A stretch of 62,112 bases of DNA, filler included. It is 15 parts of 15 records of this genome, joined end to end, with 100 filler letters (N's around TTAATTAATTAA, not from the genome) between each part and the next. Parts side by side here need not be neighbours in the genome. Positions count along the whole stretch, not along the records: positions 8,968 to 13,054 come from SRR15195285_11376; positions 13,155 to 17,445 come from SRR15195285_11388; positions 17,546 to 20,576 come from SRR15195285_11409; positions 20,677 to 25,396 come from SRR15195285_11413; 11 more parts are not named here. One strand, 5' to 3'. Positions 10,266 to 20,903 of the stretch are shown piece by piece. The number at the start of each line of letters is the position of its first letter. Within the stretch, counting starts at the first letter, position 1. The position numbers were made by a program, and so were the translations under genes. A model generated the notes under the pieces. That model searched no databases. It was given only the letters and a program-made list of their open reading frames with translations, and was not told where the DNA came from.

Positions 10266-12954
10266 CTACGACACCGGCAGCACGGGCAACGGGAGTGGGG
10301 CCATGTCGGTCAACGCCACTCCAATCGCGCTGCTGACTAGCGTGCGATCGTCGTGTTTCTGGCCGTCGTCAAGCAGCAATGTCGGGCTGCGACCCGGCGC
10401 GGCAATTCGCCACAGGTCACTCAGCGCCTTCGAGGCGCTTCCGTGCAATGCGGTAATCTCCTTAGCGAGTAGATCGCGGTGCTCTGAAGTCGCAAGAAAC
10501 AGGACGCAGCGACAGCATCAGCACAAAGTCAGCCAGGATCACACATATGTATAGCAAGCAGCCCACTCTGCGCAGCCGAATGCATAGCCAGGCTGCTTAA
10601 ATGCCCGCACCAAAAGTGTCGTAGTTCACATCGTCGCCCGCAACCCAGAAGCCCAATTTCTCACCAATCTTCGTCACGATCGCCGACTCAGTGTTTGCTG
10701 GCAGCGAGAAGAACAGACTATCTCGCAGCTGCGGGCTCTTCTCCTGACTGGTCGAAGAATCCATAGCAACACCTGCTTCTGCACTTTCCGACGGCGATTC
10801 CGCTTGGAGTAGCGCACCACCGCCCCCTCCTGTGTCTCCGGTTGCCTCCCCTGCATCCTCAGTGGGTGCTGAAGCCATTGGGCCTCCGCGGAAAGTATCA
10901 GAAGCTCGCGAATGTGTTGCGATCGCGTAGAGCTCTAGACCAGAGTCCCAGCGCTTCGCCAGCTGTATCTCGAAGGTTGCGGCTCTGCTGCGCTGGCCCG
11001 TGCTGATCCCTACTGCAGGAATCAAGCTGACTGGCAGGTCCGGGCTCCCTCCCGGCGTATTGGGGCCAAAGCTGTGGCTCATGGCCTCGCGCAGCTGCAC
11101 AGCAGCGAGATAAAAGTCGGTTGTTGACTGCAATTCTGCACCGGTAAGGTGGCCATCCACCGGCTGAGCGAACTTGTTAAAAGCGGTGTACTCCACTGTC
11201 ACGCACATGTCCTCTGGACCGAGTGACCAGTAAAGCGGGTGTACACGCACACCGCCGCCACAACCTCCTGTTTCGTAGAATAGTCGCTCCTCGCGTTGTT
11301 TCTTTTTCTTCTTCACGCCACCGAACTCTTCTCTAAGCAAAGGACGAACGACAGTTCGCCATCGCTCTGGTGTCGCGAGGTGAAGCTGCACGTGCTCGTC
11401 TCCGCTGTTTACTGCCTCATCAAGCAGACCAATTATCGCAGCGGAACGAGACATCACCATACCGCCGTTGGCTGCATCTGCACAGAGCTGTCCGTTTATC
11501 GCAACCACGACCTGCTCTGGCACAATCCCTGCTATGGCAGCAAAGCTCCGCGGATGCACTGCAGCGATTCCACAGACGGCCTCTGTCCGCGGATCTTCGA
11601 TCGCCTCTTCTTCATCGTACAAGCCCACCAGGTCGTCAGCAATCGTGAACACGGCGCCGAGCCCAGCGTTGGGTCCAAGCGCGTGCACTTTGAACGCGCC
11701 ATCTTTCGGCGGCACAACCCCAGCGGCGGCCGCGGTGCCTTGCACAGTACCTTCGACTGCTGCAATCTCTTTCCACCCTTTCTCAGCCCAGCCGCCATCG
11801 GGCCGGCGCAGCGAGACGCACATGCAGGCGCCACGCCAACCAGATTCGTCTTGCTGCATGGGGGCGGTTAGCTCACTCATGCTTATGTGCCCGGTAATGT
11901 CGATGCTGCTGCCGCCTAACCCACGCCCAGGTGCTTTCGGGGAGCACGGATGAAATTTGGGCTGCGCCAGTTTGTCCTGGCGTTGCTTTCGCGCAAGACT
12001 GGTTTGTCCTCTTTCTTTGGACTGGCGCAGCTTCGTCGTGCTCTCGGGCAGCGGCGTGACGATTTCGACGTAGTTCCCGGGGAAAATTCCAACTTTCGTC
12101 TCGCCCGTCGCTTCATCGTAAATTGAGCCAGTAAGCCACCCTTGCCCGGGATCTGCACTCACCACTGTGAACTCCTCGTTGGCGCTAAATTGCAGATCGT
12201 CAGCCGCAGCGCCTGCTGCGACATTCCAGTCGTGCAGGGCCCGTGCTTTACCCACGGGCGGGGCGGCCTGTGCCGTAGCGTGTAAGCTATTGTCTGCGCC
12301 ACTACGACTCTGTGTGCCCGACACCGTGGAGGGATGCTCTTTATTGTGTTGTGCAATCCAAGCCCCAATGGCGCTGTCCTTCGGCGAGATGCGCTGCATG
12401 GCGGCCACGTCCAGTCCAGCCAGCCACTCCGACTGCAACGCTGCTATGTCGACCCTTTCAAGGCTGAGAGAAGCCAACTCGTCGCGCTTGGATGCCTGGC
12501 GCCGTGCCCGGAGCTTGCGCGCTCGCCGCCCGCCCGCCCGCCTGGTGGAATCTTCTGGGAAGGTCCCACTATGAGCTTCAATCTTCGGGCAGCTGTACCA
12601 CGGAGCTGGGGCGGCGGCGGCCTGCACACGCTTGAGCTTGCTCGTCAGCCTGTTCACCTTCCACTGGTGAGTGGTACCGCCTGCAGCAGGCTCAAGATTC
12701 AGCAGCCTCCGCTCCAGCCGCTGGAGCTCGGCCCGCGCCTCCTCGACCGTCAACTCGGCTGCGCCACGGCGACGCTGACGTCGCCGCCGGACGGGCGCCT
12801 CAGCAGCCTGCTCCGTCGTGGACTCTTCAACCTCGTCCACCACGGCCCCGCCATCCCACAGCGTCGTACAAGTACTGACATTGGGCGCCTCCAGCCCCAG
12901 CTCCGGTACGGAGCGCCTGAGCTCCGTGTTGCGCCGCGAGGTCCGCCGCCCCAT
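10266..12954 (-). CDS. SH3 and PDZ domain protein with a possible C-terminal Rdx/SelW-like fold
   Basis: SH3: KARALHDWNV...DDLQFSANEEFTVV...GWLTG...GIFPGNYVEIV (~12055-12255). PDZ-like: GLGAVF...IAAVHPRSFAAIAGIVPEQVVVAINGQ. A probable intron at ~10484-10610 adds a last exon ending at 10266. Confidence 0.75.
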
Positions 12955-13360
12955 CGCCTACGCAGCGGAAGCTGCTCGGCGAACCGTTGACAACGGCGGA
13001 CCGTCGCATCATGCTCACTTGCTCAGGGCCAGTGTCTAAAATGCAATTTCACATNNNNNNNNNNNNNNNNNNNNNNNNNNNNNNNNNNNNNNNNNNNNTT
13101 AATTAATTAANNNNNNNNNNNNNNNNNNNNNNNNNNNNNNNNNNNNNNNNNNNNCAACTTCGCCACTTCAAGAAGGGTAATTACAGTACCCCTCTTGGAA
13201 AATTCTCGCTCATGATGCACCGCTGAAAATCACGGAGTAATCACAAAATGCCCGGTATCGGGCATGCCCCCGATATCGATCATGCCGCGGCGACGTCGGA
13301 CGTGCCACCGGCGGTCCAGACGCCCTCTGGACAGGTGTCGCCCTGGGACGGACCGTCAGG

Positions 13361-15562
13361 ATGGCGACGGCGGTGCAGGCCGCGGACATTGAGCTGCACG
13401 AGTACCAGCTGGAGTTCCTTGATTCGAACAGCGCGGGGCAGCCGATCTCGCAAGCGATTGACGGGCTGGTGGTGCAGCACGCGGAGAACTACGCGAGGTG
13501 GGGGGAGATCTACCGCACGGTGCACTGTCACCGGTGCGACACGGCGGACGGGCTCAAGGAGAACGCCTGGCGGAAGAGCCTGCACCCAGTCACTCTGAAC
13601 CTCCCCGCATCGAGCTGGAGCTTCCTGGAGGACCGAGTCGCGAACGTGGAAGGCGTTGCCCTTGAGGAGGCCGGCCCCGTCAACAGGGCGCTCAAGTCTC
13701 TTGACAAGGCCGTGCGCGCTTCGATTGATTACGTGGTCTCGCTAGCGGAGCAGGGGGAGGACGTCGCGCCACTGTTTGCGTCACCGATGCCCGTGGACCT
13801 TGAGATGCACGACTACCAGGAAGAATTCCTAGCGGACAAAGCCCAGCGACACGGCTTGCGCGATCGCGCGGCGCCACTACGCTGCTTACTGAACTACGCG
13901 GCCGCAAATCCCGACCAGTGGGACGCGATGTTCCGCACGGTACACTGCCACCGATGCGATACGGAGGATGGCTTGAAGGAGAACGAGTGGAAGAAAAGCA
14001 AGAAGCCCGTAAGCCTGAGCTTGCGCTCAGCCCACGTCGAATTCCTAGAGCACCGAGTGGCGAACGTGGAAGGTGTGGAAATCGAAGACACGGGCCCCGT
14101 CAACCGGGCACTGAAAGATACGGCCAAAGCAGTGCGTGCGGTAATCGACTGGGCGATCGAGGAGGAAGACAGTGGTGTGAGCGTTGCACACATCTTTGGT
14201 GGGTTCGCAGAGTCTGGCGCGGACGCAGATGAAGTGACTGCCGCTCTCGCAGGCATTCCACCCCTGGAGGCTTGCCTGAACACATTTGACTACGAGCTCG
14301 TAGCCCAGAAACTTATGCCCTTGGTTGGAAAGCAGAACGGTTGGGACTACTTCGCATCCGGTGCCGACGACGAAGAGACCTTGCGCAACAACGCGAACGC
14401 ATTCCACAAAATATGGATGGAGCCACGTGTACTGCGCAACGTCGAATCGATCGACATGAGCTGCGACATCGTTGGTAACACATGCCCTTTCCCGCTTTAC
14501 CTCTCTTCTGTAGCGATGCAAAAGCTCGGTCACGACGATGGAGAGCTTGCGTGGATCCGTGCCGCAAATAACACAGGGCTCATTCACATGCTTCCGACAA
14601 TGTCTTCAATCAGTGCGGACGACTGCTTTGCTGAGTGCAACGCGCTGGATCAGCCCTTCTGGTACCAGCTCTACGTCCACCCAGACCGTGAGATTGCTAA
14701 GGAGATGATTCTAAAGGCACAAAACGCAGGTTGCAGTGTTCTGTTCGTCACATGCGATACGCCAACACTTGGCCGTCGCGACCGCGATAGACGCAACAAG
14801 GTGGGTGCAGCATCTTCCTCCGCTGGCTCGGGTGCGATTGGCACCGGCAGCCCGAAAGACTCAAGCTTAAACTGGGAGGACATTCCCTGGTTTAGAAGCG
14901 TGACGACCATGAAGCTCTTCCTCAAGGGGATTGGAACCGGTGAAGATGCAGTGAGTGCATTTGAGGCTGGTGTCGACGGCATCGTCTGCTCCAACCACGG
15001 GGGGCGCCAACTCAACACAGCGCGCTCAGGGATCGAGATTCTTGCTGAAGTCACGGAAGCTCTCGAGTCGCGGTTCTCAGCGGAAGAACGTGCTAATTTT
15101 ACTGTGTTGATGGACGGCGGTGTGCGCCGCGGAACTGATATCTTCAAGGCGCTCGCGCTGGGCGCGACAGCTGTTGGACTCGGCAAACCTGTATCGTTTG
15201 CGATGTCAGCGTACGGCCAGCCAGGCATCGAGCAGATGCTCGGTCAGCTAATGGCGGAGTTCCGCAACACGATGCAGCTGATGGGTTGCAACACTGTTCA
15301 GCAGATTCGCGACGAGGGCCGCCATATGATCAACACAAAGAACCTGCACACACACCTGGATACCAATCCGTCTGACTCGCACTACGAGCCGGTCAACGTG
15401 TTCACACACGGCAAGCTGCACCCGCTGCTCGATCCCGGTGCTGGGCAGGGGCAAGCGATGGTCACAGAAACAGTTACGGAGACCGTGCAGCATCCTGACG
15501 GGCGGATCATCACAACTTCTACGACCGAAATGCGTCCAGCAACTGCTCTTTCACGTCTATAG
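13361..15562 (+). CDS. FMN-dependent alpha-hydroxy acid oxidase/dehydrogenase (glycolate oxidase / flavocytochrome b2 family) with a duplicated N-terminal domain; C-terminal PTS1 (SRL)
   Basis: DYFASGADDE, WYQLY, DTPTLGRRDRD, SNHGGRQL (catalytic His) and DGGVRRGTDIFKALALGA are all intact. Ends ...ALSRL*. No introns. Confidence 0.93.
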   Translation: MATAVQAADIELHEYQLEFLDSNSAGQPISQAIDGLVVQHAENYARWGEIYRTVHCHRCDTADGLKENAWRKSLHPVTLNLPASSWSFLEDRVANVEGVALEEAGPVNRALKSLDKAVRASIDYVVSLAEQGEDVAPLFASPMPVDLEMHDYQEEFLADKAQRHGLRDRAAPLRCLLNYAAANPDQWDAMFRTVHCHRCDTEDGLKENEWKKSKKPVSLSLRSAHVEFLEHRVANVEGVEIEDTGPVNRALKDTAKAVRAVIDWAIEEEDSGVSVAHIFGGFAESGADADEVTAALAGIPPLEACLNTFDYELVAQKLMPLVGKQNGWDYFASGADDEETLRNNANAFHKIWMEPRVLRNVESIDMSCDIVGNTCPFPLYLSSVAMQKLGHDDGELAWIRAANNTGLIHMLPTMSSISADDCFAECNALDQPFWYQLYVHPDREIAKEMILKAQNAGCSVLFVTCDTPTLGRRDRDRRNKVGAASSSAGSGAIGTGSPKDSSLNWEDIPWFRSVTTMKLFLKGIGTGEDAVSAFEAGVDGIVCSNHGGRQLNTARSGIEILAEVTEALESRFSAEERANFTVLMDGGVRRGTDIFKALALGATAVGLGKPVSFAMSAYGQPGIEQMLGQLMAEFRNTMQLMGCNTVQQIRDEGRHMINTKNLHTHLDTNPSDSHYEPVNVFTHGKLHPLLDPGAGQGQAMVTETVTETVQHPDGRIITTSTTEMRPATALSRL

Positions 15563-16463
15563 ATCGCACTACATCTGTACTAATTAGATCCTCGGCATTT
15601 TGTCAATGCGGGGTGTTCCAGCGGAGACAGAACCGACAAATAACACCATTGTTTTGCACATATCCGAGCTATCTGCAACACATCCTCGGTAGCCATGGTT
15701 CTTCTCGCATTTTACAACTAACTAGTCACATGCTGCGACCATACCAGCTGTAGTGTTGCGCACAACTCCGTGTTCCTTAACCGAGCAAGCCCTCGCTCGA
15801 ACCAGATTGATCCGTCGAATTGGGCACGCCGTGGCCAGACACTCTGCATGCGCTTCGGAACCCTGTGCAAGGCAGTTGCATGCGGGGAAGAGCTTCGTGA
15901 GCAGTGTGGCAAGCGCGGCGTCGGGTGTCCGGGGCTGGTGTGGCTGCTTGGGCTGGGTGACGCGGCGCCGCTCTGGGCGCGAGGATGGGATGGCCCGACC
16001 TATGCGCAAAGCTCAGAGCACCGGTATTACACCGAACGGTGGAAACACAGTGGGGTTGTAAGAGCAGCGATACTTATTCATCTTCATTCATGTAGCTTGT
16101 GCTACGCCACTGCAGAGTTACAACGTTTGATTCGGCCCATGCAGCATACATTGTGGATAAAACGACATCCTGAATCATATGCGGATAGCCCGCTCACTTC
16201 CACAGCGTTTCATATGGATGCACTGCGGTTCAGAGTGGCAGAGTGCAGCCTCCTGTGGCCGCGCATATCGATACTTGTCTGTATGACCACGAACGTGTCA
16301 TAAACGAGATTTGAAATCTCGTACGGAAAGTGCCGTGGGTGCGTTTGCGAGTGTCGTGGCCAGGCAGCGGACGATCTCATCGCGCTTCACCCGGCGACTG
16401 AGGCGACTAAGCCGATCAACCACTGAGTGCTGTGAGCGTCGCTGCAGACAGGTCACGCTATTG

Positions 16464-17359
16464 TCACGATAGCACAAGCCCCGGGGTCGGCGCGTGCGTG
16501 AAGGATGCCTGCATCGCCGCAAGGCTAGCGGTAGACATATGGCGCCGCCTGTGGGACCTCTTGCCAGGCCGGCGAATCGCGCCCGCACATGCTGGAATCA
16601 GCTGCACGCGTGGGCTGGAGGAGCTGAACTGCACGCGGCGGCCAGACCTGCCGAAGTTTTCGTGATCTTCCGGCGGTGCTGGGCTAAGGAGTGCCGAGAG
16701 GGATTTTGACAGCGGCGTGGCGGCTATGCCGTCAGCTTTGCTCGCGAAACGCGCGGGTGGCGACGAGCAGCAGTCGTCGTCCGACGAGTCGGTACAGCTC
16801 TGGTGCCCTGCCGCCATCGCGCGCCACTCCCCCAGGTCCTGACTGCTGGCCTGCGCTCGGGCCAGGTGTGGATACAGCTCAATCAGGTCGCTCACATGCC
16901 GCGCAGGCTCCAGCCGCACGCCACCAGTCGGTGTCGTGACCGGCGACGGCAAGCCGTCCGCCGCGGCCTCTTCGGCGGCGCACACGAGCTCACGCAAGGT
17001 CCGTCCATCCTGTGGCAATAGGCCAGCAGCGCAGCAACCCAGTGAGTGGCTGGAGCGCGCAACGGCGGTCAGAGAGCAATATAGGGTAGGTGGTGTCAAC
17101 GTACGAGTCGTTGCGGCGCGTTGGCGCCCAGCAAAGCGGGGTCTAGCGCCTCGTACTCCGTCATGAGTGTGTCGGTCGAGTCAGCCAGTAGCTGCGCGCA
17201 GCAGCTGCTGCACGACGTCTCCGGCGAGACAGCCATCGAGCCCAGCGAGTTGCTAAGCGTGTCCGTGGCGGTGCTGGTGTTCCCGGGGTTTGCGACAGGA
17301 GCGGCGGCGGCCGTGAGCTGCAGCTCCTGCAGGCCAGCCGGACAGCGTCGCAGCGACAT
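16464..17359 (-). CDS. Hypothetical Ser/Pro-rich protein (spliced; 3' end uncertain) with an RVxF motif
   Basis: Consecutive minus-strand ORFs 17096-17419 and 16464-17099 with a GTACGT donor near 17103. GRRVQF resembles a PP1-docking motif. Confidence 0.4.
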
Positions 17360-17903
17360 CCCTCTGGGCTCGGTCCAGTCTACACAGCAAGCCTCTACCG
17401 CAGAGCCGTGCGTACACACTGCAGTCTACACAGCCCTCAAACCCCNNNNNNNNNNNNNNNNNNNNNNNNNNNNNNNNNNNNNNNNNNNNTTAATTAATTA
17501 ANNNNNNNNNNNNNNNNNNNNNNNNNNNNNNNNNNNNNNNNNNNNGCCGGGCAAGGCGCGCCCTGACCCTGAAAAGCCTTGTATAACGGTACCGGTAGGA
17601 TCCTACACGTAGTGAGTAGGTGGTGTACGCCGGAGTGCCCACGGAGGTTGAGGACCTGCATGTGTGTGTAATTGTGAATGAAAAAGTGTACCGCGGTGTA
17701 CATGAGTGCATGCATGTAGGGATCCCTATACGTATGTGACGGACGCGCGCGGCGCCGCGGGAGCGCTGCCAGCTAGTGTCCCGGCGACGTGCGTCGGTTC
17801 GTTACGCGCGTCGACGTGAGGTCCGTGCGTCTTCGACCTAGGCATATACCGGCTTGTGGGTGCTGTCGCGGCCTTCTCGACGGCCCACAAGACAACGTCC
17901 GCG

Positions 17904-19595
17904 ATGAACGACGAAGAAAGGTACGAGTTTGACCTGAACGGAGGTGCGCGAGACACGCATCTACCTTGCTGCTTGGTCAGACTGCGTGCATACGTATCGA
18001 CGCGGTGGAATGCCACGTCCTCGGGTTGCAAGCGCTACACGTCAAGGTGGCGGTTGAGTCTGAAGCAGCTGAGTGCACCGTGACTGGAAATGCACTGTGT
18101 ACTGCCTGCGGCAGTGATCGTGTTGAAAGACTTCTTGGATCTCTCTACAATTGCACACATGAACAGCGTTATCGACACAATTGACTCGCAGCAACCGTTT
18201 GATTCGACAATGTCCGCGAACCCGCCGTCAGCCGCCAAGGGCGGGCAGGCAGTGTCACGCAAAGACAGATTCAGTTTCCTGGAAACGGACCCGATCTTTT
18301 TGGAAGTTATGGCGCACCCGCGACTCCTCGAAATCATCCGGGAGATGTGTGGAGGTAAGACAAGGAAGGCAGCGCGCGTGGAGTGTTCGGGCCTGCACAC
18401 AGTGGCGACGTCAATCTCAGTACTGCACTGCGTATGCTCTGTTGTTTGCCCATGCGAACCCGCAGATTGGTTGCGACTGGATCACGCGTACGGGATTGCT
18501 ATGGACCAGCACTGGGCTGGTCGGCAAAATCTTCATGGTGGGGCGCGTACAGATCAGGGAGAGTAAGATAGCCTCAAACGCGTAGCGTCCGTTAGTGGGT
18601 CGCCCGGCTAGTTTCCGTGACAATGTTGCTGATTGCGTCTTACTCAAGCTCACACTCTCTCTAACAAATACTAGGCACCAGTACCAATGGCATCAAGGCC
18701 GCATGTACAATGGACTGATTGTGGTCATGTACGCTTTACAGCCAGTCAAGCAAGGGGATGGAGTGAGTGAGACTCGTGTTGCCAGAGCTGCGCCCAAGAA
18801 AGTAGACCTGTTCAGTGCAGCATTTTCGGAGGGTTAATTTATGTCTGGTCTGTGTGTGCGTGTCTCGTTCGCATTAGGGCTTTATCTGTGTTCCGGTGAG
18901 TAAACGTAACGTTGACGAATACCTGTAGTTTGTGTGCGCAGCTGCTGGCTTCGGTGAAATTGCGTTTTGCGTGATTTTCAGGGATCACACCGTGCAAATG
19001 TGCCATTCAGCCCAAGCTGGGACAGCAAGCTCGTGGTCAATCCAACGATGGACGCAGGAGATTGCTTAATTTTTACCGAGGCCCTCGTTCACGGCACCAA
19101 AAATTGGAACAGTTCTGGAGAACGCCGCAGCAGTACGGCAGCATCATCACCAGTCAATCTGTGCCTGCCACATTGAGTGCTTTGCTCACATGGTATTTGG
19201 GCAACGTCTCGCCACTTCAAAAAGTTTCATCACGAGAGTCCTGCATACCTGTGTCGTGCAGTTTTGTATAAGTACAGTCCAGGATATTCTACTTGGGGAG
19301 ATCCAGAGAATTTGGCGACGGCACGCGAGTTGGCCACCACGGATTTGCAGCGACAACTCCTCCGACCGCCGTGAGCAGCTGCCTTGTTTTACGTATCGTT
19401 CTCGACTTGCCTGTATCGTAATATTGTGTGACTCGGCAGAGCACTTTTCAAACTGAGCGGCATGAGGCTAAATTGTTGTGTTTGGAACGCAACGCAATTT
19501 CCAGGGGTGTAGGAGGGAAGAAGCCTCTGGAGTTGGCAAATGCAGGCATGTACGGCGACGCTAATCTAGCAAGGCAGTATCCTGCTCGCATGTAG
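17904..19595 (+). CDS. Phytanoyl-CoA dioxygenase (PhyH) family Fe(II)/2-oxoglutarate enzyme, about 8 exons, PTS1-like C-terminus (ARM)
   Basis: Spliced product: MNDEERYEFDLNG-VIVLKDFL...AHPRLLEII...LRLDHAY...NLHGG...NGLIVVMYAL...GDGGFICVPGSHRAN...AGDCLIFTEALVHGT...ERR...YKYSPG...YPARM*. Confidence 0.88.
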
Positions 19596-19751
19596 TTGCT
19601 CCGCTACTAGTACTGTGTTTTGAGTCAGTTGCACAGGTGTACGGCTTCATTCAAATGTCACCGCGTAATCTACGGCGCAAATTGGCATGTTTCAAAAACG
19701 CTTCAAAGCGTAACCAATCCTTCGTGCAGAAGCAACAGCTTAAGCTTCTCC

Positions 19752-20576
19752 CTACGTGTAGTACGCCCGCGGTACATGCGATGGTGCAAGAGAACACCTC
19801 TGCCCTGCCTTTGCGCGAAATGTGAGCAAACCTTTCCTAACAGGCACGTTGTCAGAGCCATTACCACATGCAACTGTGACCGTTGTGACACGCGAGAGTT
19901 CCCAAGGACACTTGACCACGCAGTCCTCTTGCTGTGCACTATCGACTGCTGCTGGCTCAATTTCCAAGAGCGTGACTGCTTTGACTGTTGCTGACCAGTT
20001 TGCAGACACTCGAAACGCCCCCTTAACTCGGAGGTTGCGGAAGGACGCATTGGCTGTGCGAGGCCACATAGGGAACAACTCAATGTACTGGCCACCTGGG
20101 CTGCTAACCAACATTTCCTCGATCGCACGTGACATCCCCATTCCCATCCTGTTCCCACCCTGCAGCAAGTGCAAGTCGACCCCCTTGGAACTTGAACTAT
20201 TTGCCAGTGTATAACCTTCTACAGTCTCCATCGCTTCTACAATTTCCTCAGCAGTCCACGCTGTTGGCGAGACAGAAGGCTGAGTTCCTGCTAGCACCGC
20301 TGCAATGAATCCGACGCTGTCGCGACCGTACGCTAGTGTCCGTGGTAGACTGTATGCTCGTGCTGTTGCCTGAGCCGTGGCCACCAGATGCGGAGAATCA
20401 GCCCGGCTTACAATTTCCCCAGGCCATACGGGATATTTGGCGAGATGATCAGATGGTAGACCACCGAGGCGGCCCCCTGTCAAGTTCCAGCAGTGAACCG
20501 CATACTGCCATCCTTTGTTGCCTGGCAAGCATGGCTCAATTGAAACGTTCCATACTTTTCCTTGATAAGATGCAGG
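19752..20576 (-). CDS. GH95-like (alpha-L-fucosidase/galactosidase-like) glycoside hydrolase, C-terminal fragment
   Basis: YPVWPGE...RAIEEMLVSSPGGQYIELFPMWPRTANASFRNLRVKGAFRVSA matches the GH95 C-terminal pattern. 5' end is missing. Confidence 0.7.
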   Translation of the reverse strand, partial: PASYQGKVWNVSIEPCLPGNKGWQYAVHCWNLTGGRLGGLPSDHLAKYPVWPGEIVSRADSPHLVATAQATARAYSLPRTLAYGRDSVGFIAAVLAGTQPSVSPTAWTAEEIVEAMETVEGYTLANSSSSKGVDLHLLQGGNRMGMGMSRAIEEMLVSSPGGQYIELFPMWPRTANASFRNLRVKGAFRVSANWSATVKAVTLLEIEPAAVDSAQQEDCVVKCPWELSRVTTVTVACGNGSDNVPVRKGLLTFRAKAGQRCSLAPSHVPRAYYT

Positions 20577-20903
20577 NNNNNNNNNNNNNNNNNNNNNNNN
20601 NNNNNNNNNNNNNNNNNNNNTTAATTAATTAANNNNNNNNNNNNNNNNNNNNNNNNNNNNNNNNNNNNNNNNNNNNCGGCCGGTGATTCTGAAATCCCGG
20701 GACCTTGCATGCACTTAAAGATTTGCTGTGGCCGCCGCCGCCGGCGGCGGCGCGCGGGATCGCGGATTTGCATCACGGCGCCACCGCCAGGCCGCGGCGG
20801 CGACTCGCGCGGACGGAGCCCTTCCTTGAGGAATCGAATGCGCGCGCCGCTGCGGCGGTGCGTTCACGCCAAACGCGAAGGGAGTCCCTGAGACCTCTCC
20901 CCA

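Noticed and set aside
10650-11215. Selenoprotein (UGA read-through) in the Rdx-like segment
   Set aside because: No in-frame TGA and no CxxU at the expected position.
13361-14200. Cytochrome b5 or c-type haem domain in the hydroxy-acid oxidase
   Set aside because: No HPGG motif. The motif is HCHRCD, not CxxCH, so c-type haem attachment is not supported.
15722-16303. ORFs downstream of the hydroxy-acid oxidase
   Set aside because: They may be 3' exons of the minus-strand hypothetical gene, but no supportable model could be built.
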